This document shows, in pieces, positions 16,449 through 25,347 of a DNA stretch of 64,000 bases. Origin of the DNA: Patescibacteria group bacterium UBA926 (GTDB taxonomy: Bacteria; Patescibacteriota; Doudnabacteria; UBA920). Made by a program: the position numbers and the translations under genes. Numbering within the stretch: the stretch's first letter is position 1; every line of letters begins with the position of its first letter. Location: contig DBDS01000006.1 in assembly GCA_002293685.1 (NCBI GenBank), forward strand, positions 108,867-172,866, read 5' to 3'. The notes below the pieces were generated by a model. The model was not told where the DNA came from, did not search any database, and worked only from the letters and a program-made list of their open reading frames with translations.

Positions 16449-18647
16449 ATGAACATTTTAGACAAAGCCCTTGGGGTTGTTGGACTGCTGCGCAAGAGCG
16501 CCAGCTACACTACCAACTTAACCACAGACGCGTTGAGCGTTTGGCTGAATGAAACCAAAGTTAGCGATAGCCGCGCTTTGGGTGTTTTTAATAACTGGGT
16601 TTATGCCTGTATCAAAGCTATTGCTGAGGAAATAGGGCGAACTCAGTTTATTTTAATGGAAGTAAAAAGCGACGGGGATAGCGCCAAGGACGAACACCCG
16701 CTGCTTGATTTATTAGCTGCCGTTAATACGCGACAAACTGGCTTTGAACTTTTATACACCATTGCCTGCCATTTAGAGGCTACTGGAAATGCCTATATTG
16801 TGCTTGACGGCGTGGAAAGCGAGGGGCAAACCCCTACCGCATTACACCTGCTGCCGCCTGACCGCGTGAAAATGAACATTGGCGCACTAGGCGTTGAGGA
16901 ATATGTATTTAGCAACGGCAACAGCACTAAGACATTTTACCCATACCAAATTTTACATATTAAATACCCAAACCCACGCGACCAGTACAAGGGTATTGGA
17001 ACCGTGCAGGCTATTGCCGACTGGATAGACGCAGACAACTACGCAACCGAATTTAACCGCAAATTCTTTAAGAACGGCGCCCACATTGGCGGTTTTCTTA
17101 AGAGTGATAGCGCATGGACTGCTGAACAACTGGAATACTTACAAAAATCTTTTGAGGGGATTTACAAAGGGGTTGATAACGCATATAAGACAGCAGCCTT
17201 GCCAAAGGGTACTGAGTTTACCCCTGCCCAACAGAGCCAAAAAGAAATGGACTTTACCGAGGGGCAGAGGCTTACACGCGACAAAATCCTTGCTGGGTTT
17301 AGAGTACCGCACATTGTGCTGGGGCTTGGCGCAGGCGAAAGCCTGAACCGCGCTACTGCTGACGCCGCACACTATGTATTTATGAGCCGCACAATCAAAC
17401 CGAAAATGCAGCTTATTTGTGATTACCTTAATGAGTTTTTGGTGCCATTGTTTGGCGAAAACATTTACTTAACTTTTGTAGACCCTGTACCCGATAACCG
17501 CGAGGGCTTAATGGCTGAAATGACGGCAGCAGTTGGCGGGCAACCTGTAATGAGCGTGAACGAGGCACGCGAACGATACTTTAACGCACCGCCAATACAG
17601 AACGGCGACGCGGTAATGACCAGCTTTAGCACCATACCGCTTGGAAAGCCTGAGGAAAAGGCGCACGCCGCAAAGCAGAAAACTGGCGGCGGTAAACCTA
17701 CCCACAGAAAGACCAAGCACGCAAGGGCTGCCACCAAGCGCAAGGAAATTGCAGAGGAACTGGCGGCAAAGACCGCAGAGGTGCTGGAAAAGCACAAAGA
17801 AAAACTGGCAAAGATTGCCACCAAGAGCATTACCGACTTAAGCCATGAGGAATACGACGCATTACATAAAAACTTTGTGGTACGGGTTGAGCCTTACGCT
17901 AAATTACTGGGTGCCAAAGTACGCCAGCATAATGACAATGTTTTTGCCGAAATAGAGGAAAGCCTAGCCGAGATTGTAAAAGCAGAAAAGCAGCCGCAGC
18001 TGTTTGACTTGGAAAAAGCCAATGAGGCACTTAAAAAACTGGCTGCGCCAGTGCTGAATGACTTGTTTAACAAAGAGGCTAATGCAGCGGCAAACCTGCT
18101 GGACGGCAAGGCAGTTAAAGAGATTACGCCCTTTAAAAAATCAGACGACGACGAACTGGACGACTACCTAACCCCTGAGGCACGCAAGGCGCTTGAAAAG
18201 TTTTACGGGCTATTTGCTGACCACTATAACAAGACCACCGCATTGCTACTTAAAGACACCATTGCTGAGGGGCTTGCAGAGGGGGAAAGCCTAAGCCAGC
18301 TGGTAGACCGAGTAAGCACTATTAGAGGTTTTAGCGACGAGGCGCGGGCTGAACTGGTAGCAAGGACTGAGAGCTTTAGAATAGCGAACTTTGCGACCCG
18401 CGAAAGCTGGAACCAAAGCGGGGTAGTAAAAAGCCTGAAATGGTATACAGCCGACAGCGAGGCATGCGCATTTTGCGACGAACTGGACGGCAAAATTGTG
18501 GACATTGAAGAAAACTTTTTAGAGCTAGGCGACACTTTGACAGCCAATAACGGGCAGAGCCTTGACATTAGTTACGCAGATGTAAGCGGTGGCGCACTAC
18601 ACCCAAACTGCCGTTGCTACATACGCCCTGAGGAAATAGAAGTTTAA
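16449..18647 (+). CDS. HK97-family portal protein fused to a MuF/SPP1 gp7 head-morphogenesis domain
   Basis: Portal motifs WVYACIKAIA, ILHIKYPNP, FFKNGA, EMDF; C-terminal RAELVARTES, KW, CAFC, HPNCRC. Confidence 0.88.
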   Translation: MNILDKALGVVGLLRKSASYTTNLTTDALSVWLNETKVSDSRALGVFNNWVYACIKAIAEEIGRTQFILMEVKSDGDSAKDEHPLLDLLAAVNTRQTGFELLYTIACHLEATGNAYIVLDGVESEGQTPTALHLLPPDRVKMNIGALGVEEYVFSNGNSTKTFYPYQILHIKYPNPRDQYKGIGTVQAIADWIDADNYATEFNRKFFKNGAHIGGFLKSDSAWTAEQLEYLQKSFEGIYKGVDNAYKTAALPKGTEFTPAQQSQKEMDFTEGQRLTRDKILAGFRVPHIVLGLGAGESLNRATADAAHYVFMSRTIKPKMQLICDYLNEFLVPLFGENIYLTFVDPVPDNREGLMAEMTAAVGGQPVMSVNEARERYFNAPPIQNGDAVMTSFSTIPLGKPEEKAHAAKQKTGGGKPTHRKTKHARAATKRKEIAEELAAKTAEVLEKHKEKLAKIATKSITDLSHEEYDALHKNFVVRVEPYAKLLGAKVRQHNDNVFAEIEESLAEIVKAEKQPQLFDLEKANEALKKLAAPVLNDLFNKEANAAANLLDGKAVKEITPFKKSDDDELDDYLTPEARKALEKFYGLFADHYNKTTALLLKDTIAEGLAEGESLSQLVDRVSTIRGFSDEARAELVARTESFRIANFATRESWNQSGVVKSLKWYTADSEACAFCDELDGKIVDIEENFLELGDTLTANNGQSLDISYADVSGGALHPNCRCYIRPEEIEV

Positions 18648-18669
18648 AAAAATTAAGCAATTAACAATT

Positions 18670-19944
18670 ATGGACAACCAACTAAAAAAACTGACAGCCG
18701 AAATAAAGGCTAAATTCCTTGAGGCGTTAGGCAAAAAGGAAGTGCAAGAGGCAATTGCTGAAACCAAGGCGGCAAAAGACACAGGAACCTTTGAAGTTGT
18801 GATTAGCACTGCTGACCGCGACAGACAGGGCGACATTATCATGCAGGACGGCTGGGTGCTTGATAACTACAAGAACAACCCAGTAGTGCTGTTTGGGCAT
18901 GATTATTGGTCATTGCCTATTGGCATTTGCGACGAAATTAAAGTTGTAGACGGCAAGCTGGTAGCCAAGGGGCGCTTTGCAAGCCACGATTTTGCGCAGG
19001 AAGTGCGCAAGCTGTACGACGCAGGAATGTTGCGAACTACCAGCGTTGGATTTATACCGCTTGAAACAGAGGGCAATGTGATTTTGCGTGCTGAACTATT
19101 GGAATTTTCCTTTGTACCAGTACCAGCTAACCCAATGGCATTGAGCCTAGCCCACGAAAAGCAAATCAATTTAGAGTTTGCTTTTGCCAAAGGCATTTTA
19201 GTTAAAGAGGATACACAGCCTGAACCAGTAGAACCGACAGAGCCAGCTGCTACTGAACCTGAGGCGCCTAAAGAGGAAACACCCACAGAACCTGAAACCC
19301 CAGTTACAGAGGAACCTGCTAGCGAGGCTACTACTGAGGAACCCACACCCCCAGCCGCCGCCGAGAACAACGGCGACGAACAACAGCCAACTGGCGGGGA
19401 TACAACTACCGAAACTAGCCCGCAGCCTGAGGCTACACAGCCTGAGGGCAGCGGCGAGGGTGCTGGTGAACCTACCGAACCTGAACAAAAGGCGGTAGAG
19501 GACGACGAACCGACAGACGGCACTGATGTTACGCAGCTACTAGAGAAAATGGGGCAAATGATTACAGCCCTAGCCGACTTGCATACGCAAGCGGTTGCAG
19601 CAACGGTTGATAAGGCATTAGGGGAAATTGCGCAAAAAGCGGGGCGCACCCTGAGCAAGCAGACCCGCGCATTACTTGAAACCACACTTGCCAAGATTAA
19701 AGAGAGTGGCACCGCCATTGAAAAGTTGCTTGAAACGGCAGACGCAAGCGACGACGGCGACGGGAAAGCAGCAGGCGAGGCTGCGACTACCGCTAACGAC
19801 GACTTACCGCAGGGCTTTGCAGAGGTCAAGAGTGCATTGCAACGGCACATTGAAACCCGCGAGGTGTTGCGCATGGTGGCTACGGCAGTAGGCAACTCTT
19901 TGGAAAAGTACAACAAAGAGATTAAAGAGCTACGCCAAAAGTAG
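18670..19944 (+). CDS. HK97-type prohead protease with acidic Pro/Thr linker and C-terminal helical (scaffold-like) region
   Basis: DRQGDII, NPVVLFGHD, SVGF, ELLEFSFVPVPANP. Confidence 0.9.
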   Translation: MDNQLKKLTAEIKAKFLEALGKKEVQEAIAETKAAKDTGTFEVVISTADRDRQGDIIMQDGWVLDNYKNNPVVLFGHDYWSLPIGICDEIKVVDGKLVAKGRFASHDFAQEVRKLYDAGMLRTTSVGFIPLETEGNVILRAELLEFSFVPVPANPMALSLAHEKQINLEFAFAKGILVKEDTQPEPVEPTEPAATEPEAPKEETPTEPETPVTEEPASEATTEEPTPPAAAENNGDEQQPTGGDTTTETSPQPEATQPEGSGEGAGEPTEPEQKAVEDDEPTDGTDVTQLLEKMGQMITALADLHTQAVAATVDKALGEIAQKAGRTLSKQTRALLETTLAKIKESGTAIEKLLETADASDDGDGKAAGEAATTANDDLPQGFAEVKSALQRHIETREVLRMVATAVGNSLEKYNKEIKELRQK

Positions 19945-20014
19945 TTACAGCAAAGCCTAGCATTACAGCGACTAGGCAGAGCTTTAAAAAATTAACGCTG
20001 TAAGGACAACGAAC

Positions 20015-21208
20015 ATGGACGAGAAAATTTTGAAGGAATTGCAGCCAATGTTTGAGCAAGTTGTTGACCAAGTTATGGAAAAGCGACTTGGCGACGCTAT
20101 CAACCCTATGGTTGCAGCGGAAACCAAAAAGATTGTTGCCCAATTGAAAATGGAACGCAGCCTTTTTGGACAAGACCGCACTGGCTTATCTGACGAACAA
20201 AAGAAAGATTTTGTTAGCGCAGCTAAAGCCATTGTAATGGGCATGAATGTTGACACCAAGGCAAACGAAGCCTTGATTAGTGAACAGGACAGCCGCGGTG
20301 GTTACTTGGTAGCTACCGAAGTTGCAAACGCTATTGTACGCATTGCGGCTAGCGTTGGTGTAGTTATGAACCAAGCTACTAAGTGGACTATGAACACTGA
20401 CCAGCTTGATATTCCTGCTTACACTGGCAGCTTTTTAGAGGGCGAATACCTTGGCGTTGACGCCGCTGGTACTCCAACAGCTATTACCTTTGACAGCGCA
20501 AGCCTTGTTGCTAAAAAGTGGCAAGTTGCGTTTGTTGTAGGCAATGACTTGCTTGCAGACGCCAGCGTTGAATTAGCCGATTGGTTGCTGGCACTTGCTG
20601 GCGAGGCTTTGGCTAACCGCGTTGATAAAGAGGGCTTGGCTGGTGCAGGTACCCCATTTGTAGGTGTACTTAACCACCCTGATGTTACCGTACACACTTT
20701 TGCTACTGGTAACGACACCTTTGCTGAATTTACTTTAGACGAGGCTAGCGACATGATTGCTAACCTTGACGAAAGCATGCTTGACGGCGCTGCGTTTTAC
20801 ATGAACCGCACCGTTTGGGCAAAGGTACGCATGAAGAAAGACACTGCTGGCAACTATGTATTGCCTATGGCTGGCGCACCCAGCGCAGCATTGCTTGCTA
20901 ATTACGCTGGTAATGTTGGCGGTACCCGCCCAGTTGGGGAAATTCTAGGCTACCCAGTGTTTACTACCCGCCACTTGCCTGCTAACAGCGCTACTGCTGT
21001 AAGCACCAAGTTTGCCATTTTTGGCAACTTAAAGGCTTTGGCATACGGCGACCGCGGCGAAATGGCTATTGCCAAGCACACTAGCGGTAGCTTTGGTGGC
21101 AAGGAAATTGCTCTTGCTGACCAAGCTGGAATGGTGTTTAAGCACCGCCACGCTGTAACTGTAGCTTTGCCTGCCGCATTTGTGGTTGCAAAGACTGCTG
21201 CTAGCTAA
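20015..21208 (+). CDS. Major capsid protein (HK97 fold)
   Basis: GGYLV, LLADAS, FYMNR...KKDTAGNY, ILGYPV, FGNL, PAAFV. Confidence 0.92.
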   Translation: MDEKILKELQPMFEQVVDQVMEKRLGDAINPMVAAETKKIVAQLKMERSLFGQDRTGLSDEQKKDFVSAAKAIVMGMNVDTKANEALISEQDSRGGYLVATEVANAIVRIAASVGVVMNQATKWTMNTDQLDIPAYTGSFLEGEYLGVDAAGTPTAITFDSASLVAKKWQVAFVVGNDLLADASVELADWLLALAGEALANRVDKEGLAGAGTPFVGVLNHPDVTVHTFATGNDTFAEFTLDEASDMIANLDESMLDGAAFYMNRTVWAKVRMKKDTAGNYVLPMAGAPSAALLANYAGNVGGTRPVGEILGYPVFTTRHLPANSATAVSTKFAIFGNLKALAYGDRGEMAIAKHTSGSFGGKEIALADQAGMVFKHRHAVTVALPAAFVVAKTAAS

Positions 21209-21299
21209 ACCTAGATAAGAATATAAACCCGTTGGGGTAGGGGTTGGTTGCACAGCTGCTACCCCAAAGGGATTTGAAAATTAAGAATGTTAACGGCGT

Positions 21300-21539
21300 A
21301 TGACTATTGAATTATTAAGACCGCTTAGTATCCGTGGCAGCCGCTTTGAAAAAGGCGCAGTCATTGATTTTCTTAGCGACGACGAGATTAAGGCTTTTGA
21401 CACTGCCGACTACAAGGAATATACGCCCATTGTAGAAAGCAGCGCAGCGGAAACCGAACCAGCGACCACTGGCGAGCAGGAAACTGCCGAGGTTGAGCAG
21501 GTTGTCAAGCCAAAAGCCCGACGCTCACGAAAGGCGTAA
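21300..21539 (+). CDS. Small head-associated protein
   Basis: Follows the capsid gene; acidic middle and basic tail. Confidence 0.55.
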   Translation: MTIELLRPLSIRGSRFEKGAVIDFLSDDEIKAFDTADYKEYTPIVESSAAETEPATTGEQETAEVEQVVKPKARRSRKA

Positions 21540-21542
21540 AAA

Positions 21543-21932
21543 ATGAAAAGTGTATACGACGCAATCAAAGCTGTTGTGTCTTTGGTACCAGCTGTGCGCA
21601 CCGCAAGTGCTAACGGTACTGGTGTAGACACCTTGGGCTACAACAGCGCAATGATTGTAATTAACGCAGGCGACATTGACTTAACCACAGGAGATGAAAC
21701 CTACAACTTTAAAGTGCAAGACAGCGCAGACAACAGCACATTTGCTGATGTAAGCGGTGCCACAGCAGTTGTTACTGCTGACAACGACACTAAAGTTATC
21801 CGCGTTGAAGGCTTGGGTACTAGCGTTGACCGCTATATCCGTGTAGTAGCTACTTTGGCTGGTACAACCCCTAGCTGCCCATGTGCAGCTACCGTGTTGC
21901 TAGGCAACGGCTACAACAAGCCTGCTAACTAG
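21543..21932 (+). CDS. Probable capsid decoration/cement protein
   Basis: Beta-rich sequence; GTGVD, VQDSADNSTF, RYIRV. Confidence 0.55.
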   Translation: MKSVYDAIKAVVSLVPAVRTASANGTGVDTLGYNSAMIVINAGDIDLTTGDETYNFKVQDSADNSTFADVSGATAVVTADNDTKVIRVEGLGTSVDRYIRVVATLAGTTPSCPCAATVLLGNGYNKPAN

Positions 21933-22108
21933 GCTTTAGCACTGGCTACCACACCCTGACTTGTTTGGGGTGTGTAGCGGCTGCTCAAGCTGGGGGTTGG
22001 TGCCGCCTTTGGTTTAAGCCCCCGCTGTTTGCGGCAACCCCCGAATAATTGCGGGTGCATAAACGGCACGAAACACCTGCCCCTAACGGGAATTAACACG
22101 ACAAAATT

Positions 22109-22729
22109 ATGGCTGAACAAATTTACACATACGCATTAACCACTGTGGCACGGGTTAAAACCCGACTAGGCATTACGGTTAGTGCCAATGACACCCAGCT
22201 GCTTAGGCTCATTAACGCCGTAACGGATTTAATAGAGGGCGAAACTGGACGCAGGTTTTTGCGGGGAACCGTAACAAGCGAGGTACACGAAATACGGGGC
22301 GCAACAGATATGATACCCGTTAAACAAATCCCTTTGATTAGCGTAACGAGCGTGCAATATAGCACTGGCATTGGCAGCAACCGAACATGGACTACTTTAG
22401 ACACCAGCTTGTATGAGATTATTGGCGACGGCAAGAGTGGACTAATTAAAGTATGGGGCGGTTTAGGCAGAGGTGTTAACAGCGTGCGGGTTACTTATGT
22501 TGGCGGCTACTTGATTGACTTTAACGAGTTTGGAACCAGTAGCCATACCCTACCTGCTGACTTAACTGACTTAGCAGAAAGGTTGGTAACGAAATACTGG
22601 AAACGCAGAGAGGCTGAGGGCAAGAGTAGCGAGGGGATAGCGAACGCAAGCATACAGTGGCGCAGTGATTTGGAAAAAGCAGACCAGCAGATTTTAGACC
22701 GCTACCGTAGGCTACCTGAGTTTGTATGA
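22109..22729 (+). CDS. Head-tail adaptor (gp6/gp15-like)
   Basis: LTTVARVKTRLGI...DTQLLRLINAV...TGRRF; VTYVGGY; LPADL; ILDRYRR. Confidence 0.8.
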   Translation: MAEQIYTYALTTVARVKTRLGITVSANDTQLLRLINAVTDLIEGETGRRFLRGTVTSEVHEIRGATDMIPVKQIPLISVTSVQYSTGIGSNRTWTTLDTSLYEIIGDGKSGLIKVWGGLGRGVNSVRVTYVGGYLIDFNEFGTSSHTLPADLTDLAERLVTKYWKRREAEGKSSEGIANASIQWRSDLEKADQQILDRYRRLPEFV

Positions 22730-23121
22730 TTGAGTACGACATTGAGGGTTTAGACGCCATAGTTGCGGGAATGAAAAACTACCCCGAACGAGCCAACCCC
22801 ATACTGGCGCGAGGGATTAACGCAATACTGGCAACCCTGCACAAAGAGGCTACCGACGACAACCTGCAATTTAAACTGCCACGCAACCGCCGTACAGGCA
22901 TGTTGCTGAACAGCTTTAGCACAGGTATTAGGCTGGCAAGCGCAGGGAAATTAGAGGGCAGCATTAAACCGACAGTGTTTTACGCAGAGTATGTGCATGA
23001 GGGTACCAGCCGAATTAGACCAAACGCCTTTATGCCGAGAATAGCAAAAGCGGGCAAGCCCGAAACCCAAGAGCATATACAGAGTGTGGCTGACCAAATA
23101 GCCAAAGCAATTACTAACTAA
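22726..23121 (+). CDS. HK97 gp10-like neck/tail completion protein
   Basis: IEGLD, RTGMLLNS, YAEYVHEGT...PNAFM. Confidence 0.8.
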   Translation: MIEYDIEGLDAIVAGMKNYPERANPILARGINAILATLHKEATDDNLQFKLPRNRRTGMLLNSFSTGIRLASAGKLEGSIKPTVFYAEYVHEGTSRIRPNAFMPRIAKAGKPETQEHIQSVADQIAKAITN

Positions 23122-23127
23122 GCCATT

Positions 23128-23565
23128 ATGAGCAAAAGCGCAGACATTAAAAACGCAATAAAAACAAGCCTTGATACTTTGGTGCCTGCGAGCTTAGGCG
23201 AGGTGGTAATAGACGACTTTACTATAGACCCGATTAACCGCGACACTGGCACCTACCCGCTGGCGGTTGTTACCACCCCCTCAATTAGTAGTTATGCGGA
23301 AACCAACCGCGATAACATGCGAACCTACACTTTTAAAATCACTGTGGTTATGCGAGGCGATAACATAGCCAATGCAACAGAGGTTGAGGACTTGGTAGAG
23401 GCAATTATTAACCTGTTTGATAACGACCCTACCCTTGGCGGGGTGGCAAACGGGGCAATAGAGCCAGCAAGCAGCGAACCGCAAGCACTGACCACCCCTG
23501 ACCGCACATACATTTGGTTTGAGGTAACGCTGAGAGTTAAGGCATTAGCCACATTAACCTTTTAA
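23128..23565 (+). CDS. Probable tail terminator protein
   Basis: Position before the tail tube gene; YPLAVV, DPTLGG. Confidence 0.65.
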   Translation: MSKSADIKNAIKTSLDTLVPASLGEVVIDDFTIDPINRDTGTYPLAVVTTPSISSYAETNRDNMRTYTFKITVVMRGDNIANATEVEDLVEAIINLFDNDPTLGGVANGAIEPASSEPQALTTPDRTYIWFEVTLRVKALATLTF

Positions 23566-23582
23566 ACATTAAACAAATAACC

Positions 23583-23768
23583 ATGATTAAAGACGCAAAA
23601 AACAAAGCCATGCAGCCTGAGGATACCCAAAACAAAGCTGCTACAAAGCAAAGCGGTAAAGAGGAATACCATTTTGCAGGCGAGGGGAAATACGAACCCC
23701 TAACAGTGCAAGCAAGCAGTGCGGCTGAGGCACAAGAAATTTGGGAAAAAGAGAGAAAAGAAGTTTAG
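23583..23768 (+). CDS. Small hypothetical protein
   Basis: 61-aa ORF filling the gap before the tail tube gene. Confidence 0.55.
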   Translation: MIKDAKNKAMQPEDTQNKAATKQSGKEEYHFAGEGKYEPLTVQASSAAEAQEIWEKERKEV

Positions 23769-23795
23769 CAATTAGCATTAACTAACTACAAACTT

Positions 23796-24785
23796 ATGAG
23801 CAAAGGAATTGGAAAATTACTACAAATTGGTATTGCCAAGGAAACCGTCCGAGGCACTGCCGAAAGCACAGCGACTTACTGGCTGCAAACCGACGAGTTT
23901 AATGTGCTGGAAAAAGACGAAAGGGTTATTAACGAGCAGACCCTAGGCGTCATTGAGGCAAGCCAAGGCGAGGATATTACCCGCCAGTGGGCTGAGGTTA
24001 CTTACAAAGCGCCGATTGGCGATAAGCATTTTGCTTTGATTTTATTGGGCGTGCTTGGCTCATTAAGCACTGGCGACAACGCAGACAGCGACGCGTCAAT
24101 TAAAGACCACACCATTACCGTGGCACAAAGCGCACAGCACCAAGCCATTAGCTTGTTTAAGAATGACCCGCTTGCAGGGCAGGACTACAAGCACGCATTG
24201 GGCTGTATTGAAAGCCTTGAAATTAACTACGAACAGGGCAAATACCTTGAATACAGCGTTACCTTTAAGGCTAAAAAGGGCGCTACCGCAACATTGACCC
24301 CAAGCAACACTACCGAAAACCGCTTTTTACCGCAGCATGTTGTGTTTAAAATGGCTAGCGCACAAAGCGGATTAACCGCTGCCAGCGCAACTGTTATTAA
24401 GAGCCTAAAGCTGAAAATTGAAAGCAACCTTGAGCCTGACTGGGTGCTTGGCTCAGTAGCCCCTGCTGACTTTTTGAACAAGCAATTGGCAATTAGCGGC
24501 GAACTTGAGGCTATTTGGGATAGCGAGGCTACCATAAAGACACCTAGCCTAGCTGGCACCAAAAAGGCTTTGCGCTTAGACATGATTAACACTGATGTAA
24601 CGATTGGTAGCGCAGCAAACCCGCAAGTGCGTATTGACTTGCACAAGTGCGTATTTAGCGAACACAGCACCCCAGTTAAGCTGCACGACATTATGATTGA
24701 AAGCGCACAGTTTACAGCACACTACGACACTACAGACAGCAAAATGATTACTGCCGTTGTTACCAACGCAGTGGCTAGCTACTAA
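23796..24785 (+). CDS. Major tail (tube) protein
   Basis: IGIAKETVRGT start; position before the chaperone and tape measure genes. Confidence 0.75.
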   Translation: MSKGIGKLLQIGIAKETVRGTAESTATYWLQTDEFNVLEKDERVINEQTLGVIEASQGEDITRQWAEVTYKAPIGDKHFALILLGVLGSLSTGDNADSDASIKDHTITVAQSAQHQAISLFKNDPLAGQDYKHALGCIESLEINYEQGKYLEYSVTFKAKKGATATLTPSNTTENRFLPQHVVFKMASAQSGLTAASATVIKSLKLKIESNLEPDWVLGSVAPADFLNKQLAISGELEAIWDSEATIKTPSLAGTKKALRLDMINTDVTIGSAANPQVRIDLHKCVFSEHSTPVKLHDIMIESAQFTAHYDTTDSKMITAVVTNAVASY

Positions 24786-24809
24786 TAAAAATAATTAAGG
24801 CATAAACCA

Positions 24810-25145
24810 ATGGACACAGAAAATACAATCACGCTTGAAACCCCCTCTAAAAAAACACTGGTATTGCGTAAATTTTTTACCGCACGACAGCGCAACGAAT
24901 TGCGCGGCATTTACCTAAAGAACCTGAAAGTTAGCCCGCAAGGCGGCACAGCCGAGGTTGGCGAACTTAACGGGGAAATTGTAGAGATTGCAGAGCGCAA
25001 GCTGCTGGAATTGGCGGTTATTAGCTATGACGGTAACACCGAAACCCCAGTTGAATTGTTGCTAGACGCAAGCCCTGCTGAATATGACTTTGCGGTAGCA
25101 GAGGCAGGAAAGGCAGACACGGGTTTTTTAGCCCAGACGAAATAG
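24810..25145 (+). CDS. Tail assembly chaperone (gpG-like)
   Basis: Between tube and tape measure genes; slippery GGGTTTTTTA near the 3' end. Confidence 0.75.
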   Translation: MDTENTITLETPSKKTLVLRKFFTARQRNELRGIYLKNLKVSPQGGTAEVGELNGEIVEIAERKLLELAVISYDGNTETPVELLLDASPAEYDFAVAEAGKADTGFLAQTK

Positions 25146-25336
25146 AATACACCGCTTACCTGTGGAAACGGTACTTTAAGGGCAGCCGAGCAGAACTAAC
25201 ACAAGATATGCTAGCTGCCCTTATTTGCAAAGAGTACGGCTGGACACGCGAACAGTACCTAGACCAACCCGCTTACTGGCTGGACATAATTACCAGCATG
25301 CTGCAAGCAGAGGGTGCGGGAAACAAGAATAATTAA
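25127..25336 (+). CDS. -1 frameshift extension of the tail assembly chaperone (gpGT-like)
   Basis: Open -1 frame FSPDEIEYTAYLWKRYFKGSRAELTQDMLAALICKEYGWTREQYLDQPAYWLDIITSMLQAEGAGNKNN after slippery site 25121-25130. Confidence 0.75.
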   Translation, partial: FSPDEIEYTAYLWKRYFKGSRAELTQDMLAALICKEYGWTREQYLDQPAYWLDIITSMLQAEGAGNKNN

Positions 25337-25347
25337 GCACCAACGCT

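Noticed and set aside
18903-19916. 337-aa minus-strand ORF
   Set aside because: Antisense shadow of the low-complexity protease/scaffold gene; Ser/Val-rich with no motif.
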